A DNA stretch of 64,000 nucleotides, from the NCBI GenBank assembly GCA_028711115.1, contig JAQTSV010000001.1, positions 582,032 to 646,031 of the forward strand, given 5' to 3'. Each line of letters starts with the position of its first letter. Positions within the stretch are counted from its first letter, which is position 1. This document shows, piece after piece, positions 44,121 through 54,561 of the stretch. The position numbers and the translations under genes are program-made. This DNA is from Candidatus Omnitrophota bacterium. Lineage in GTDB: Bacteria > Omnitrophota > Gorgyraeia > Velamenicoccales > JABMQK01. The notes below the pieces were generated by a model, which made no database searches, was not told the origin of the DNA, and worked only from the letters and a program-made list of their open reading frames with translations.

Positions 44121-44645
44121 ATGCCAAAAGCAGCAGTTGTTTGTTTAGCCATATTCTTTATATTAGCTGTAAGAGGTGAGGTTATGGCCTTAGATTTGAA
44201 GTGTACGGATTTTGAACAAAATGAATTTATCCCCAGAAAATATAGCTGCCAGGGAGAAGATAAATCGCCAGCGCTTCATTGGATAGATGAGCCTTTAGAG
44301 ACAAAAAGTTTTGCTATCATCTGCGATGACCCTGATGCGCCGTCAGGAATTTGGGTACACTGGTTAATCTATAATATTCCAGCTCAGCGGCACGGTCTTC
44401 CTGAAGGCACAGAGAAGAAGGAGATGCTGGAAGATGGTGCCAGACAAGGTGTTAATGATTCCGGAGACATTGGTTATGGCGGTCCTTGTCCGCCACCTGG
44501 AAGAGCACACCGCTATTTCTTTAAGCTTTATTGTCTGGATACAATGTTAAATCTTAAACCCGGTTTTACAAAGGATGATTTGTTAAACGCTATGAAGGGG
44601 CACGTAATCGAGGAAGCTCAGCTCATTGGTCTGTATAAAAGATAG
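44121..44645 (+). CDS. YbhB/YbcL-family PEBP (Raf-kinase-inhibitor-like) protein, exported
   Basis: Signal-like N-terminus. Motifs CDDPDAP, HWLIYNIP and GPCPPPG..HRYFF. Confidence 0.85.
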   Translation: MPKAAVVCLAIFFILAVRGEVMALDLKCTDFEQNEFIPRKYSCQGEDKSPALHWIDEPLETKSFAIICDDPDAPSGIWVHWLIYNIPAQRHGLPEGTEKKEMLEDGARQGVNDSGDIGYGGPCPPPGRAHRYFFKLYCLDTMLNLKPGFTKDDLLNAMKGHVIEEAQLIGLYKR

Positions 44646-44723
44646 GAAAACCAATTAAGCCATTCAATAACTTCCCTCTATAAATGTTTTCTTTAGGGTT
44701 GATTTTAACCGAATAATCTAATC

Positions 44724-46805
44724 ATGAAGATACTATTATTATCTGCGTCACTGAATTTTGGCGGAGTAGAGACAGGGACTGTGGATTTAGCCAAGTCGTT
44801 GAAGAAACTCGGCCAGGATGTTATCGTTGTCTCTTACGGAGGCCAATTGGTCAGGGAGTTAGAGGAATCCAATATTAAACACATCAAATTGGATGTTTAT
44901 AAGAAATCACTGACTGCTTTTTTGCAGGTTCCCAAACTCGCAAGGATTATTAAAGACGAAAATATCGATATTGTCCACGCCCAGAGCCGTATGCCTGCCT
45001 GGATAGCCTACTTTGCCTGTAAGAAGACCAAAGCCATATTCATAACCAGCTGCCACGGTTACTATTCCCGGCATTTTTTCAGCAGAGTTATGGGTTGGGG
45101 CAGAAAAGTTATTGCCATCTCCGGTATTATAGGTAAGCATATGAGGGAAAAATTCGCAGTCAACCCGGAAAAGATACGTTTAGTTTACAGAGGTGTGGAT
45201 TTAACAAAATACCTCTATCAAAAAGATAAATATAGCCGCCCCAAGGATAAATTCATAATAGTAAATATCTCAAGGATTACGCCTATAAAAGGGCAAAGGG
45301 AATTTATTAAGGCGATAGCGATTGTGGTAAGGAAAATATCCAATATAGAGGTCTGGTTGGTGGGTGCGGCAGCGAAAAAGAATAGGCACTACGAAATAGA
45401 ATTGCACCAGTTGGTAAGAGAATTGAATCTAGGAGATAAAGTAAAGTTTTTAGGTGGCCGTAAAGATGTGCCTCAGATTCTAAGTGATGCGGATTTACTG
45501 GTTTTATCCACCAATGTTGCCGAGGCATTTGGCCGTGTGATTATTGAGGCCGGGGCAAGCGGCGTAGCAGTATGCGCCAGCAATATAGGTGGGATAAGCG
45601 AGATTGTAGATGATAAGAAAGACGGCTTGCTATTTTCTGTTAACGACGAAAATTCTATGGTGCAGTCCATAATTACAATGTTAAGCAATCCGGATTTGAT
45701 GAGGCAATATAGCGCTAACTTGCGAAAAAAAGTCGAAGAGAAATTTTCCCTGGAAGAGATGGCGCAGAAGACACTGGAAGTTTACAGGGAGTCAATAGAA
45801 AATAAAAAGATTTTAGTGATTAAATTAGGAGGATTGGGTGATTTAATCTTGGCAATGCCAAGCCTCAGAATGCTCAAAAAAAGATTTCCCCGCGCAAATA
45901 TTTCCTTATTGATAGATAGCAATTTCCAGTCCTTAGCGAAGAATTGTCCTTATATAGACGAGCTGATCTTATTCGACCGCAAGAAAGATGGATTTTTAAG
46001 ATTAGTCAAAGATTTAAAATTCAGGGATTTTGATTTGTGTATCGATTTTAAGAATAGTAATTTCACTCATATGTTGGCGTATTTAGCCAGAGTTCCTCTG
46101 CGTTATGGTTTTTCCCGGGGATTGACAGCCAGTTTGTTAAATTGTCCGGAAAGATTGACTAAGGATTTGGCTGAGAAACCCGTAGAACAGCAATATCGCA
46201 TCTTAAAAAGAATCGGCGTGCGAGATTTTGATGACACCTTGGAGCTTTGGCCCAGCCGCCAGGACGAAGATTTCATTAACAGTATTTTAGAAAAGAAAGG
46301 CATCTCCGTAAAAGACAAACTTATTGGCTTGGCAATCGGTGCCAGCCCAAAATGGCCCACAAAGAATTGGCCGGTAGATAATTTTTCCAAGTTATCAGAG
46401 AAACTGATAGCCAATGGTTTTAAGGTAATTTTATTGGGAACGGATTATTTAAGTAGCGAAATAAATAAATTTCCCAAGGACGAAAGAATTATTAGTTTCA
46501 TAGGAGAAACTAATTTAAATCAATTGGTTTCTTTAATTAAAAGATTAAATGCGTTGGTGACGCCGGATAGCGCGCCCATGCATATTGCCAGTGCTACAAA
46601 AACCAAAGTCATCGCTTTATTCGGGCCTACTGATCCTGAGAGGCACATTCCGCCGTCGAAAAATATCGAAGTTTTGGTTAAACATATTGCCTGCCAGCCT
46701 TGTTACAGCAGAAAATGTATCAACAAAGAGAAAATGGCTTGCCTGAATAAAATCAGCGTTGAAGAAGTTTTTGATGCGATAATTAAAGTCCCAGAGGGGG
46801 CTTAA
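44724..46805 (+). CDS. Fused glycosyltransferase: N-terminal GT4 (RfaG-like) plus C-terminal GT9 (heptosyltransferase-like)
   Basis: The GT4 half contains GGVETGTVDLAKSL and the E-x7-E region EAFGRVIIEAGASG. The GT9 half starts near aa 370 with KILVIKLGGLGDLILAMPSL and contains PDSAPMHIA. C-terminal Cys cluster CQPCYSRKCINKEKMAC. Confidence 0.85.
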   Translation: MKILLLSASLNFGGVETGTVDLAKSLKKLGQDVIVVSYGGQLVRELEESNIKHIKLDVYKKSLTAFLQVPKLARIIKDENIDIVHAQSRMPAWIAYFACKKTKAIFITSCHGYYSRHFFSRVMGWGRKVIAISGIIGKHMREKFAVNPEKIRLVYRGVDLTKYLYQKDKYSRPKDKFIIVNISRITPIKGQREFIKAIAIVVRKISNIEVWLVGAAAKKNRHYEIELHQLVRELNLGDKVKFLGGRKDVPQILSDADLLVLSTNVAEAFGRVIIEAGASGVAVCASNIGGISEIVDDKKDGLLFSVNDENSMVQSIITMLSNPDLMRQYSANLRKKVEEKFSLEEMAQKTLEVYRESIENKKILVIKLGGLGDLILAMPSLRMLKKRFPRANISLLIDSNFQSLAKNCPYIDELILFDRKKDGFLRLVKDLKFRDFDLCIDFKNSNFTHMLAYLARVPLRYGFSRGLTASLLNCPERLTKDLAEKPVEQQYRILKRIGVRDFDDTLELWPSRQDEDFINSILEKKGISVKDKLIGLAIGASPKWPTKNWPVDNFSKLSEKLIANGFKVILLGTDYLSSEINKFPKDERIISFIGETNLNQLVSLIKRLNALVTPDSAPMHIASATKTKVIALFGPTDPERHIPPSKNIEVLVKHIACQPCYSRKCINKEKMACLNKISVEEVFDAIIKVPEGA

Positions 46806-46826
46806 CTTTAACAGATGAGGTTTTAG

Positions 46827-47213
46827 ATGAAAATTAAAATTACATATGAGGAAGGCTATAGATTTAGCGTGCAGTCCGGGATGCATCAAATAACAGTCGA
46901 CCAGCCCAAAGAAAAAGGCGGAAGCGATTCAGGAATGAATCCTCTGGAGATTTTTCTTTCTTCTCTGGGGAGCTGTATCGCCTTTTATATCACAAGGTAT
47001 TGCCAGGATACAAAGATAGACCCCAAGGGTTTTACGGTTGATATAGAATCAGAACTCAGCCAGGAGCGGCCGCTTAGGTTTAAAGAGATCAAGGTCAAAA
47101 TAAATTTAAACCAGGATTTAGGCAGTAAAAAAGAATCATTCTTAAAGTTTATAAAGAATTGCCCTGTGCATAACACTATAACCGGTCAGCCGAATGTCGT
47201 TATAGAATTATAA
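46827..47213 (+). CDS. osmC: OsmC-family peroxiredoxin-like protein
   Basis: The two conserved Cys contexts LGSCIAF and KNCPVHNT. 128 aa. Confidence 0.8.
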   Translation: MKIKITYEEGYRFSVQSGMHQITVDQPKEKGGSDSGMNPLEIFLSSLGSCIAFYITRYCQDTKIDPKGFTVDIESELSQERPLRFKEIKVKINLNQDLGSKKESFLKFIKNCPVHNTITGQPNVVIEL

Positions 47214-47230
47214 TATTTTTTGAATAAATT

Positions 47231-47866
47231 ATGGTTAGTGAAAAATCCATAGTATATGAGGACGAAAGTTTAATTGTGGTAAATAAGCCTTCGGGTATTC
47301 TTACGGTACCTACGCCTAAGAACGAAAAATATACACTCACCGCCTGCCTTAATAAAGTTTTAGAAAAGAGAGGATTGAATACAAAAGTTTTTCCCTGCCA
47401 CAGGTTAGACAGGGAAACATCGGGTCTTATTATTTATGCAAAAAGCCCAGCTGCCCAAGAGATGATTATGGAGCAGTTTAAAATAGGGCAGGTAAAGAAA
47501 AAATACATTGCTTTTGTCCAGGGGCTGATAAAAAATCCCAGCGATACAATAAGCTTTCCTATTGAAAATAAAAAGGCGATTACAAAATATAAATTGCTGC
47601 AGAGAAGAAAAGATTATAGTATAATAGAGGTCGAACCGAGCACGGGAAGGACCAATCAGATTAGAATTCACTTCAAAATGATCGGGCATCCTTTGTTAGG
47701 TGAAAGAAAATTCGCTTTTGGCAAGGATTCCAAGGTTAAATTTAGAAGAGTGGCTTTGCATGCCAGCGAAATCCAGTTCAGGCACCCTGCGGATGGCAGA
47801 ATCTTGTGTTTTTCTTCTAAATTAGCCGACGATATGAACAGGCTGATAGGCAGCCTTCCTCATTAA
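47231..47866 (+). CDS. RluA-family pseudouridine synthase (no S4 domain)
   Basis: Catalytic motif HRLDRETSGLI, GRTNQIR and LHA. Confidence 0.85.
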   Translation: MVSEKSIVYEDESLIVVNKPSGILTVPTPKNEKYTLTACLNKVLEKRGLNTKVFPCHRLDRETSGLIIYAKSPAAQEMIMEQFKIGQVKKKYIAFVQGLIKNPSDTISFPIENKKAITKYKLLQRRKDYSIIEVEPSTGRTNQIRIHFKMIGHPLLGERKFAFGKDSKVKFRRVALHASEIQFRHPADGRILCFSSKLADDMNRLIGSLPH

Positions 47867-47892
47867 AATCTATTAGACAAAGGGGGTGTGTT

Positions 47893-48147
47893 ATGGAGGA
47901 AAAATTAATCGGTAAAATAACACATTACTACAGCCATCTCAGTGTCGGCATAATTGAGCTTTCAGATGTTTTAAAAGCGGGCGATACAATTCACATCAAA
48001 GGACACAGCACGGATTTCACACAGCCGATTGCTTCTATGCAGATAGAGCATGCGACTGTGCAAGAGGCGGGATCCGGAGATTCCGTCGGTATAAAGGTTA
48101 GCCAGAAGGTCCACGAAAACGATACAGTTTATAAGGTCACAGTTTAA
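47893..48147 (+). CDS. Small beta-barrel protein resembling translation-factor domain 2
   Basis: 84 aa. GKITHYYSHLSVGIIEL...GDTIHIKG...SVGIKV resembles EF-Tu domain-2-like barrels. SD (AAAGGGGG). Confidence 0.5.
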   Translation: MEEKLIGKITHYYSHLSVGIIELSDVLKAGDTIHIKGHSTDFTQPIASMQIEHATVQEAGSGDSVGIKVSQKVHENDTVYKVTV

Positions 48148-48190
48148 ATTGTTTTTAGAAAGCAGCTTTAATTAAGAGAAGAGCTATATT

Positions 48191-49336
48191 GTGGAGATTA
48201 CTCAGACAGAGACGAAGATAAAACAGTTATCTGAATTTGGCCAGAGTGTCTGGCTCGATAATATAAGCCGTTCGATAATCAATAACAAAGAATTGTCCAG
48301 GTTGATTGATTTAGGCGTAAGCGGCGTAACATCAAATCCTACGATTTTTGATAAATCTATCAGTGGCAGTCCAGATTATGATGCAAAGATAAGAGAATTA
48401 AAAGAGAGAAGCTTGTCCACTTTCGAAATTTATGATGAGCTTACAGTTAAAGATATCCAGGACGCCGCTGATTTGTTCCTTCCTGTATTTCGCCAGACAA
48501 AAGGTTTTGACGGATATGTCAGTTTAGAGGTTAATCCTCTGCTTGCCCATAAGACAAACGAGACGATTAAAGAAGCCAAGAGGCTGCATCGAAAAGTCAA
48601 TAGGCCCAATGTGATGTTTAAGATACCTGCCACAGACAATGGTTTTGAGGCAGGAAAGGTTTTATTGTCCGGCGGGATTAACATAAATTTCACGCTTATA
48701 TTTTCTTTGGGGCAATATATAAGAACTGCAGATACATTCATAAATGGCGCAACAGAATTTCTGAAATCAGGCGGAGATTTAAGGAATATTTCTTCAGTAG
48801 CGAGTGTTTTTGTGAGCAGGATAGACACCGTTATCGATAAGTTGATAGGAGATAAAATAAATAACCTAAGAGACGAAACAAAGAAAACAGAATTGCGGAA
48901 TTTAAGAGGCAGTGCCGCCGTGGCAAATTGCGGTTTGATATTCGCCAAGTCTTCGGAGATTTTCTCTCAGCAGGAATTTCTGAAACTGAAGGAAAAAGGT
49001 TTGAGGCAGCAGAGAGTGCTCTGGGCTTCTACAAGCACCAAAGATCCGGTGTACAGTGATATCAAATATGTGACTGAACTGATTGGTAAATCTACCATAA
49101 ATACAATGCCTAGACCCACAATTGATGCATTTATGGATCACGGTACAGTGAAGAATGTTTTGGCTCAAGACACAAAAGATGCCGAACATATAATTGAATC
49201 CTTAAGGAACTTCGATATAGACATAAACCAAATTTGCGCAGGGCTTCTCAAAGATGGTGTCACAGCTTTTGAAAAATCTTTTGATTCTTTGCTTAGGGCA
49301 ATAGAACTTAAAGCAGGAACATATCATAAAACTTAG
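48191..49336 (+). CDS. tal: Transaldolase (long form)
   Basis: GTG start. FGQSVWLDNISR, GVTSNPTIF and Schiff-base lysine context MFKIPAT. Confidence 0.85.
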   Translation: MEITQTETKIKQLSEFGQSVWLDNISRSIINNKELSRLIDLGVSGVTSNPTIFDKSISGSPDYDAKIRELKERSLSTFEIYDELTVKDIQDAADLFLPVFRQTKGFDGYVSLEVNPLLAHKTNETIKEAKRLHRKVNRPNVMFKIPATDNGFEAGKVLLSGGININFTLIFSLGQYIRTADTFINGATEFLKSGGDLRNISSVASVFVSRIDTVIDKLIGDKINNLRDETKKTELRNLRGSAAVANCGLIFAKSSEIFSQQEFLKLKEKGLRQQRVLWASTSTKDPVYSDIKYVTELIGKSTINTMPRPTIDAFMDHGTVKNVLAQDTKDAEHIIESLRNFDIDINQICAGLLKDGVTAFEKSFDSLLRAIELKAGTYHKT

Positions 49337-49371
49337 AAATTTATATTCACAATAGAAAAGGAGGGTTGTAT

Positions 49372-49812
49372 ATGCAGCGGATAATATCATCTATGGTAGT
49401 TTTATTTTTTGCTGTAGCGGTTTTAGGTTGTCAATCTATGGGTGAGAAGACAAAGAGCGGAGCACTTCTCGGCGGTTTAATCGGCGCAGGCGCTGGAGGT
49501 ATAATCGGCCATCAGAGCGGCCACGGCCTTGGAGGTGCAGCTATTGGTGCAGCTGCAGGGGCAATTGGCGGCGGACTAATCGGTAACCAATTAGATAAAG
49601 CAGACCAGCAATCAAAAGAAAATAATCCCAATCATTTAGGTATTTTAGGTATTGTGGATATGACTTCTAAGGGCGTGCCAGCCGATGTAATTATTGATGA
49701 GATTCAGAGGACGAAATCTGTTTATAATCTGACTTCTGAAACAATCGATTATTTAAAGAAGAATAATGTAAGTAACAAAGTAATCGATGCAATGTTGGCC
49801 ACTGTCAAGTAG
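49372..49812 (+). CDS. Glycine-zipper lipoprotein
   Basis: I prefer the ATG at 49372 (AAAGGAGGG 6 nt upstream) over the track's TTG at 49366. Lipobox AVLGC. A long Gly-zipper (GGLIGAGAGGIIG...GAAIGAAAGAIGGGLIG) is followed by a helical C-domain. Confidence 0.75.
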   Translation: MQRIISSMVVLFFAVAVLGCQSMGEKTKSGALLGGLIGAGAGGIIGHQSGHGLGGAAIGAAAGAIGGGLIGNQLDKADQQSKENNPNHLGILGIVDMTSKGVPADVIIDEIQRTKSVYNLTSETIDYLKKNNVSNKVIDAMLATVK

Positions 49813-49843
49813 CGTAAAACAATAAGAAGAGCAGCAGACACAG

Positions 49844-50215
49844 ATGGCAGATAAGAAAACAATACTTATAGTAGATGATGAAGTGGACATTCTTACAGTC
49901 TTGTCTGCGAGATTGATAGATGCTGGTTATGATGTATTAAAGGCGGATAACGGCATAGAGGCAATCGATATCGCCAAACAAAAAATGCCGCATCTGATTA
50001 TTCTCGATATAATGATGCCGCATATGGACGGCGTGACTGTGAGCCAGCATTTAAAAGAGAATAAGAATACCAAGGATATCCCCGTTATTTTTTTGACGGC
50101 TCTTCAGGGGAAGAAAGAGGAGATGACTAATCATAAGAGCGGAAAAAATATTATTTTTTCCAAACCATACAATCCCAAAGAATTATTGGATAAGATAAAG
50201 GAATTGATTGGTTAG
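49844..50215 (+). CDS. Single-domain response regulator (CheY-like receiver)
   Basis: VDDE, phospho-acceptor context ILDIMMPHMDG, LTA and the conserved K (SKPY). Confidence 0.85.
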   Translation: MADKKTILIVDDEVDILTVLSARLIDAGYDVLKADNGIEAIDIAKQKMPHLIILDIMMPHMDGVTVSQHLKENKNTKDIPVIFLTALQGKKEEMTNHKSGKNIIFSKPYNPKELLDKIKELIG

Positions 50216-50235
50216 CCGGACAAGGATTTTTCTTA

Positions 50236-50646
50236 ATGATGGTCGATACGAATAAAATAAACATATTAATTGCCGACGACGAAGTAGACAGCTGCAATTT
50301 TATCCAGAAGTGGCTTTTAAAACAGGGGTATAATGTGGATGTTTCTTTTGATGGAAATGACGCACTGGCAAAGACACAGACCGATAAATATGATTTTGTA
50401 TTTCTTGATGTTGATATGCCGGGGTTGACAGGGACAGAGATAGCCAGGATTATCAAACAAAAAGGCCTGAAGTGCGTCACTGCAATGATAACAGGTTATC
50501 CCCCTGAAGATGAATCTACTACAAAGGCCTTGGGTGTGGATGAATATTTGGAGAAGCCTTTTTCTTTGGAGCGCATAAAGGAGATAATTGATAAATATTC
50601 AATGAAAGGTAAGAAAGATGAGAATAAAAAGAAAAGAACATCCTGA
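50236..50646 (+). CDS. Single-domain response regulator (receiver)
   Basis: ADDE, FLDVDMPGLTG, ITG and EKPF. Confidence 0.8.
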   Translation: MMVDTNKINILIADDEVDSCNFIQKWLLKQGYNVDVSFDGNDALAKTQTDKYDFVFLDVDMPGLTGTEIARIIKQKGLKCVTAMITGYPPEDESTTKALGVDEYLEKPFSLERIKEIIDKYSMKGKKDENKKKRTS

Positions 50647-51613
50647 TTTAGAGCTAAAACAGATAGTCGAGGAGTTAAGGGAAGACCCTCTGCACAAATT
50701 TAATATCGCTTTTGCGTTGATGAGTATTATCCCCATGCTCGGCTTTATGTACATTTTAGTGGGCCATTTGTTTTCTTTCAAAATTCTGGAAGGCAATGTC
50801 GGTCTTATAATTTTTGTGGTTATTCTTGTTTCTTTGTTGGGCTTTCTAGTCGGTCACGCATTAATCAAGAGCCTGTTAAGGCGGGTCATAAATTATATGA
50901 TGAAGTTACAGCAAAACGACAAACAGAAATCTATTTTTGTGGCCAATGTTTCTCACGAAATAAAAAATCCCTTAGCTACTTTGAGGTTGTCTATAACTAA
51001 TATTTTAGATGGTCTTGTCGGTGCAATAACTGATTATCAGGGCGAGATACTGAAAAGATGCAAGGATTTATGCGATAGATTAATACGTTTTGCCACAGAT
51101 ACTCTGGATATATCGAAAATTGAGGCAGGCAAGGTAGAACTGAAGAGGTCGCAATTCGAAGTAAATAAATTAGTCGATACAGAGATGAATGTCTGCGAGC
51201 CGGCTTTTAAGAAGAAACATTTAGAGCTTATGACCAATCGTCCTTTCCCGAGAATAAATATTTGGGCAGACCACGATAAATTATCCCAGGTAATTTTTAA
51301 TCTCATCGACAATGCCATAAAATACACTCCCGAAAAAGGGAAGGTGTTGGTTAATTTAATAGATGAAGACAGGTATGCGCGGGTGGAAGTATGCGATACC
51401 GGCGAAGGCATACCGCCGGATAAAATAGACAAGATATTCGATAAATTTGAAAGAGTTACTTCTCAGCAGGGCGGAACAGGCCTGGGATTGGCAATCACAA
51501 AAGATTTTATCGAGCTGCACAGAGGCAGGATCTGGGTAGAATCAAAGTTAAACGAAGGCAGCAAATTCATTGTTATTTTACCTAAAGACCTCCGCGGGAC
51601 AAGAAGGTTTTAG
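50618..51613 (+). CDS. Membrane sensor histidine kinase (2 TM, HisKA plus HATPase_c)
   Basis: H-box NVSHEIKNPLATL, N-box DNAIKYTP, G1 DTGEGIP and G2 GGTGLGLAI. Confidence 0.88.
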   Translation: MRIKRKEHPDLELKQIVEELREDPLHKFNIAFALMSIIPMLGFMYILVGHLFSFKILEGNVGLIIFVVILVSLLGFLVGHALIKSLLRRVINYMMKLQQNDKQKSIFVANVSHEIKNPLATLRLSITNILDGLVGAITDYQGEILKRCKDLCDRLIRFATDTLDISKIEAGKVELKRSQFEVNKLVDTEMNVCEPAFKKKHLELMTNRPFPRINIWADHDKLSQVIFNLIDNAIKYTPEKGKVLVNLIDEDRYARVEVCDTGEGIPPDKIDKIFDKFERVTSQQGGTGLGLAITKDFIELHRGRIWVESKLNEGSKFIVILPKDLRGTRRF

Positions 51614-51642
51614 GCGTCATTAATAATAGGAGAGGTTTGATT

Positions 51643-53319
51643 ATGCATTCACAACAATCAGTCATTGAACTTTTGGTTAAAAAAGGTATGTTGGATAACA
51701 CTCAGGTTTCCGAGGCAATGAAGGAAGCCAAAAGAATAGGCATTCCTGTTGAAAAGGCGCTGGAGAAATTAGGGTTTATTTCGGAGACAGAGATTACTCA
51801 GGTATTGGCAGATTCGTTAGGTGTGCCTTTTATGGACCTTACAGATTATCTTATTGATTCCGAGGTTATAAAGCTGGTTCCTGAAGCTGTAGCCAAAAGG
51901 TATAAGGCTGTGCCTTTGTTTAAAATCGGCGATAGCTTAACCGTGGCCATGGCAGACCCGCAGGATATTACAGCTATTGATGAGATTAGGATAAAGAGTA
52001 AGGTAGGCGTGGTTGATCCTGTGTTGTCTACTCCGGATATGATCCAGAAAGTTATTGATCAATATTATGGCGCAATTGGCAACGCCGAGGAACTGGTAAA
52101 GGGATTGACTAAGGAGAAGCTGGAAGAAAAAGTCAGCGATACCAAAGGTATGTCTGGCATTGTAGAAGATACTTCCATAATCAAATTAGTAAACCTGATT
52201 ATTATGCAGGCTGTAAAAGACAGAGCGAGTGATATCCATATAGAACCAGAGGAAGACAAGGTGCGCATCCGTTACCGCATCGACGGGATTTTGCATGAGA
52301 TTCAGAATATACCCAAGCATTTACAGAGCGTTTTGGCTTCACGTATAAAGGTAATGGCAAATATGGACATCGCAGAGACACGCAATCCACAGGATGGCAG
52401 GATTCAGCTTAAGATGGAAAACAAGAATCTGGATTTAAGAATTTCCTCTTTTCCTACGGTGCATGGCGAAAATTTAGTTCTAAGGATTTTAGATAAAACT
52501 TCCGTACTTTTAGGTTTGCCGGAATTAGGTTTTTCCAGTAAAGATTTAAAGAATTTCGAAAAGGCGATAAAACAGCCCAACGGCATTGTGCTGGTTACTG
52601 GCCCGACTGGTTCAGGAAAAACTACTACTTTATATGCCGCGCTTTCCACCATAAATTCAGTGGAGAAGAATATAATTACAATTGAAGATCCGGTGGAATA
52701 TGAAATTCCTATGATCCGCCAGACTCAGGTAAATCCCAAGGCAGGTCTTACCTTTGCCAACGGCTTAAGGAGTATTTTGAGGCAAGATCCGGACATCGTA
52801 ATGGTGGGCGAAATCCGCGACAGAGAGACAGCTGATATTGCAGTGAGGGCGTCTTTAACCGGTCATCTGGTTTTTTCTACTCTGCATACAAACGACGCAG
52901 CAGGTGCTTTAACAAGACTCCTAGATATGGGCATAGAGCCATTTTTAATTTCCAGTTCAGTGCTGGCCATATTGGCCCAGCGGTTAGTTCGCGTTATTTG
53001 TCCCAACTGCAAAGAAAAATATGTTCCCTCCGAGGAGGTAATCAGCGATTTGAAGTTAACCCAAAAAATAGATTTTTATCGCGGTAAAGGTTGTATGAGA
53101 TGCAAGAATACTGGTTTTTCCGGACGCATCGGAATTTTTGAATTATTAGTGATGAATGAAGAACTCAAGAATATGGTTACAGCAAAAATGTCAGCCAAGG
53201 ATATCAGAAATAAGGCGGTAAGTTTAGGTATGTGCACTTTATTTGAAGACGGTATGCAGAAAGTTAAAGATGGCGTAACTACCGTAGAAGAAGTGTTAAG
53301 GGTAAGTGAGGAATCCTAA
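51643..53319 (+). CDS. pilB: Type IV pilus / T2SS assembly ATPase (PilB/GspE family)
   Basis: N-terminal GspII/MshEN-like domain. Walker A GPTGSGKTTT, Asp/His boxes and the tetracysteine motif CPNC...CMRC. The ATG at 51643 is preferred (AGGAGAGG upstream). Confidence 0.92.
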   Translation: MHSQQSVIELLVKKGMLDNTQVSEAMKEAKRIGIPVEKALEKLGFISETEITQVLADSLGVPFMDLTDYLIDSEVIKLVPEAVAKRYKAVPLFKIGDSLTVAMADPQDITAIDEIRIKSKVGVVDPVLSTPDMIQKVIDQYYGAIGNAEELVKGLTKEKLEEKVSDTKGMSGIVEDTSIIKLVNLIIMQAVKDRASDIHIEPEEDKVRIRYRIDGILHEIQNIPKHLQSVLASRIKVMANMDIAETRNPQDGRIQLKMENKNLDLRISSFPTVHGENLVLRILDKTSVLLGLPELGFSSKDLKNFEKAIKQPNGIVLVTGPTGSGKTTTLYAALSTINSVEKNIITIEDPVEYEIPMIRQTQVNPKAGLTFANGLRSILRQDPDIVMVGEIRDRETADIAVRASLTGHLVFSTLHTNDAAGALTRLLDMGIEPFLISSSVLAILAQRLVRVICPNCKEKYVPSEEVISDLKLTQKIDFYRGKGCMRCKNTGFSGRIGIFELLVMNEELKNMVTAKMSAKDIRNKAVSLGMCTLFEDGMQKVKDGVTTVEEVLRVSEES

Positions 53320-53346
53320 TAAATATAATAACAAAGAGAGATAGAG

Positions 53347-54561
53347 ATGGCTAATTTTAAATACAGGGCTCGTGACAGATTCTCAAAGCTGGTTACCGGC
53401 ATAACCACAGCAGAAAGCAAAGAAGACGCGGCAAAAAAACTTAAGGATATGGGTTATGTCCCGGTTTCTATCAGTGAATCTTCTGATTCAGGGGCAGATG
53501 CTATTTTCAGAAGGTTCAATAAGGTCAGGCCGGAAGAAATAGCCGCATTTACACGCCAGCTGTATTCTCTGCAAAAGGCCGGAGTGCCTTTGCTTGCCAG
53601 CCTTGAGGCAATAGCCCTTCAGACAAAAAATAAATACTTTAAGTTTGTAATCGAGGAACTTGCGCGCAGTATCAAAGGAGGGTTAAGTTTATCCGAGGCA
53701 TTAATGAGACACAGCTCAATTTTTGACAGTATTTATATTAGCATGATTAAATCAGCAGAGGCAGGCGGTAGAATAGTTGAGATTTTGGAGAGATTGACAG
53801 GATTAATCGAGCAGGATATCGATACGCGTGCACGCATAAAGGCTGCCACAAGATATCCTATGATTGCGTTTTTTACTTTATGTGTGGGTTTTTTGATAGT
53901 GGTTAGTTTTGTAATTCCCCGTTTCGCCGTCATATATAGCCAGTTTAATACAGCGCTGCCGTTACCGACGCGTATATTGATAGCTATAAATTTAGCAATC
54001 AGCAAATTCTGGTATTTGTTTATTTTGGTGGTTGTGTTTACAATTTTTGCATTTCTGCGTTTTATCAACTCCAAAGCAGGTCGTCCCATATGGGATAATT
54101 TTAAATTGAAGATTTTTATTTTCGGACCGCTTGTGTCTATGCTAGTAATGTCACGCTTTGCCAGAATTACAGCAATATTATTAAGAAGCGGTTTGCCGAT
54201 TCTGGAAATTCTGGAATTAGTGAAAAATACATCAGGCAATATTATTATCGCCCGCGCCATTGATAATATCCGGGAGAGCGTAAACCAGGGCAGAGGTATG
54301 TCTGAGCCGATGAAGGTCTCCAGTTTATTCCCTCCCATTGTGGTGCAGATGGTTTCTATCGGCGAGCAAACCGGCAAGGTAGACGAGCTGCTGTTGAGCG
54401 TCGCTGATTACTATGACCGCGAATCAGGATATATGATAAAGAATCTGACCACTTATATTGAACCTCTGCTTATATTTGTCTTGGCGGTTATGGTTTTAAT
54501 TATGGCATTGGCTATATTTATGCCTATGTGGAATTTAATAAGGGTATTCAGGCCATCTTAA
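53347..54561 (+). CDS. pilC: Type IV pilus platform protein (PilC/GspF family)
   Basis: Two T2SF repeats, three TM helices and the typical motif FPPIVVQMVSIGEQTG. Confidence 0.92.
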   Translation: MANFKYRARDRFSKLVTGITTAESKEDAAKKLKDMGYVPVSISESSDSGADAIFRRFNKVRPEEIAAFTRQLYSLQKAGVPLLASLEAIALQTKNKYFKFVIEELARSIKGGLSLSEALMRHSSIFDSIYISMIKSAEAGGRIVEILERLTGLIEQDIDTRARIKAATRYPMIAFFTLCVGFLIVVSFVIPRFAVIYSQFNTALPLPTRILIAINLAISKFWYLFILVVVFTIFAFLRFINSKAGRPIWDNFKLKIFIFGPLVSMLVMSRFARITAILLRSGLPILEILELVKNTSGNIIIARAIDNIRESVNQGRGMSEPMKVSSLFPPIVVQMVSIGEQTGKVDELLLSVADYYDRESGYMIKNLTTYIEPLLIFVLAVMVLIMALAIFMPMWNLIRVFRPS

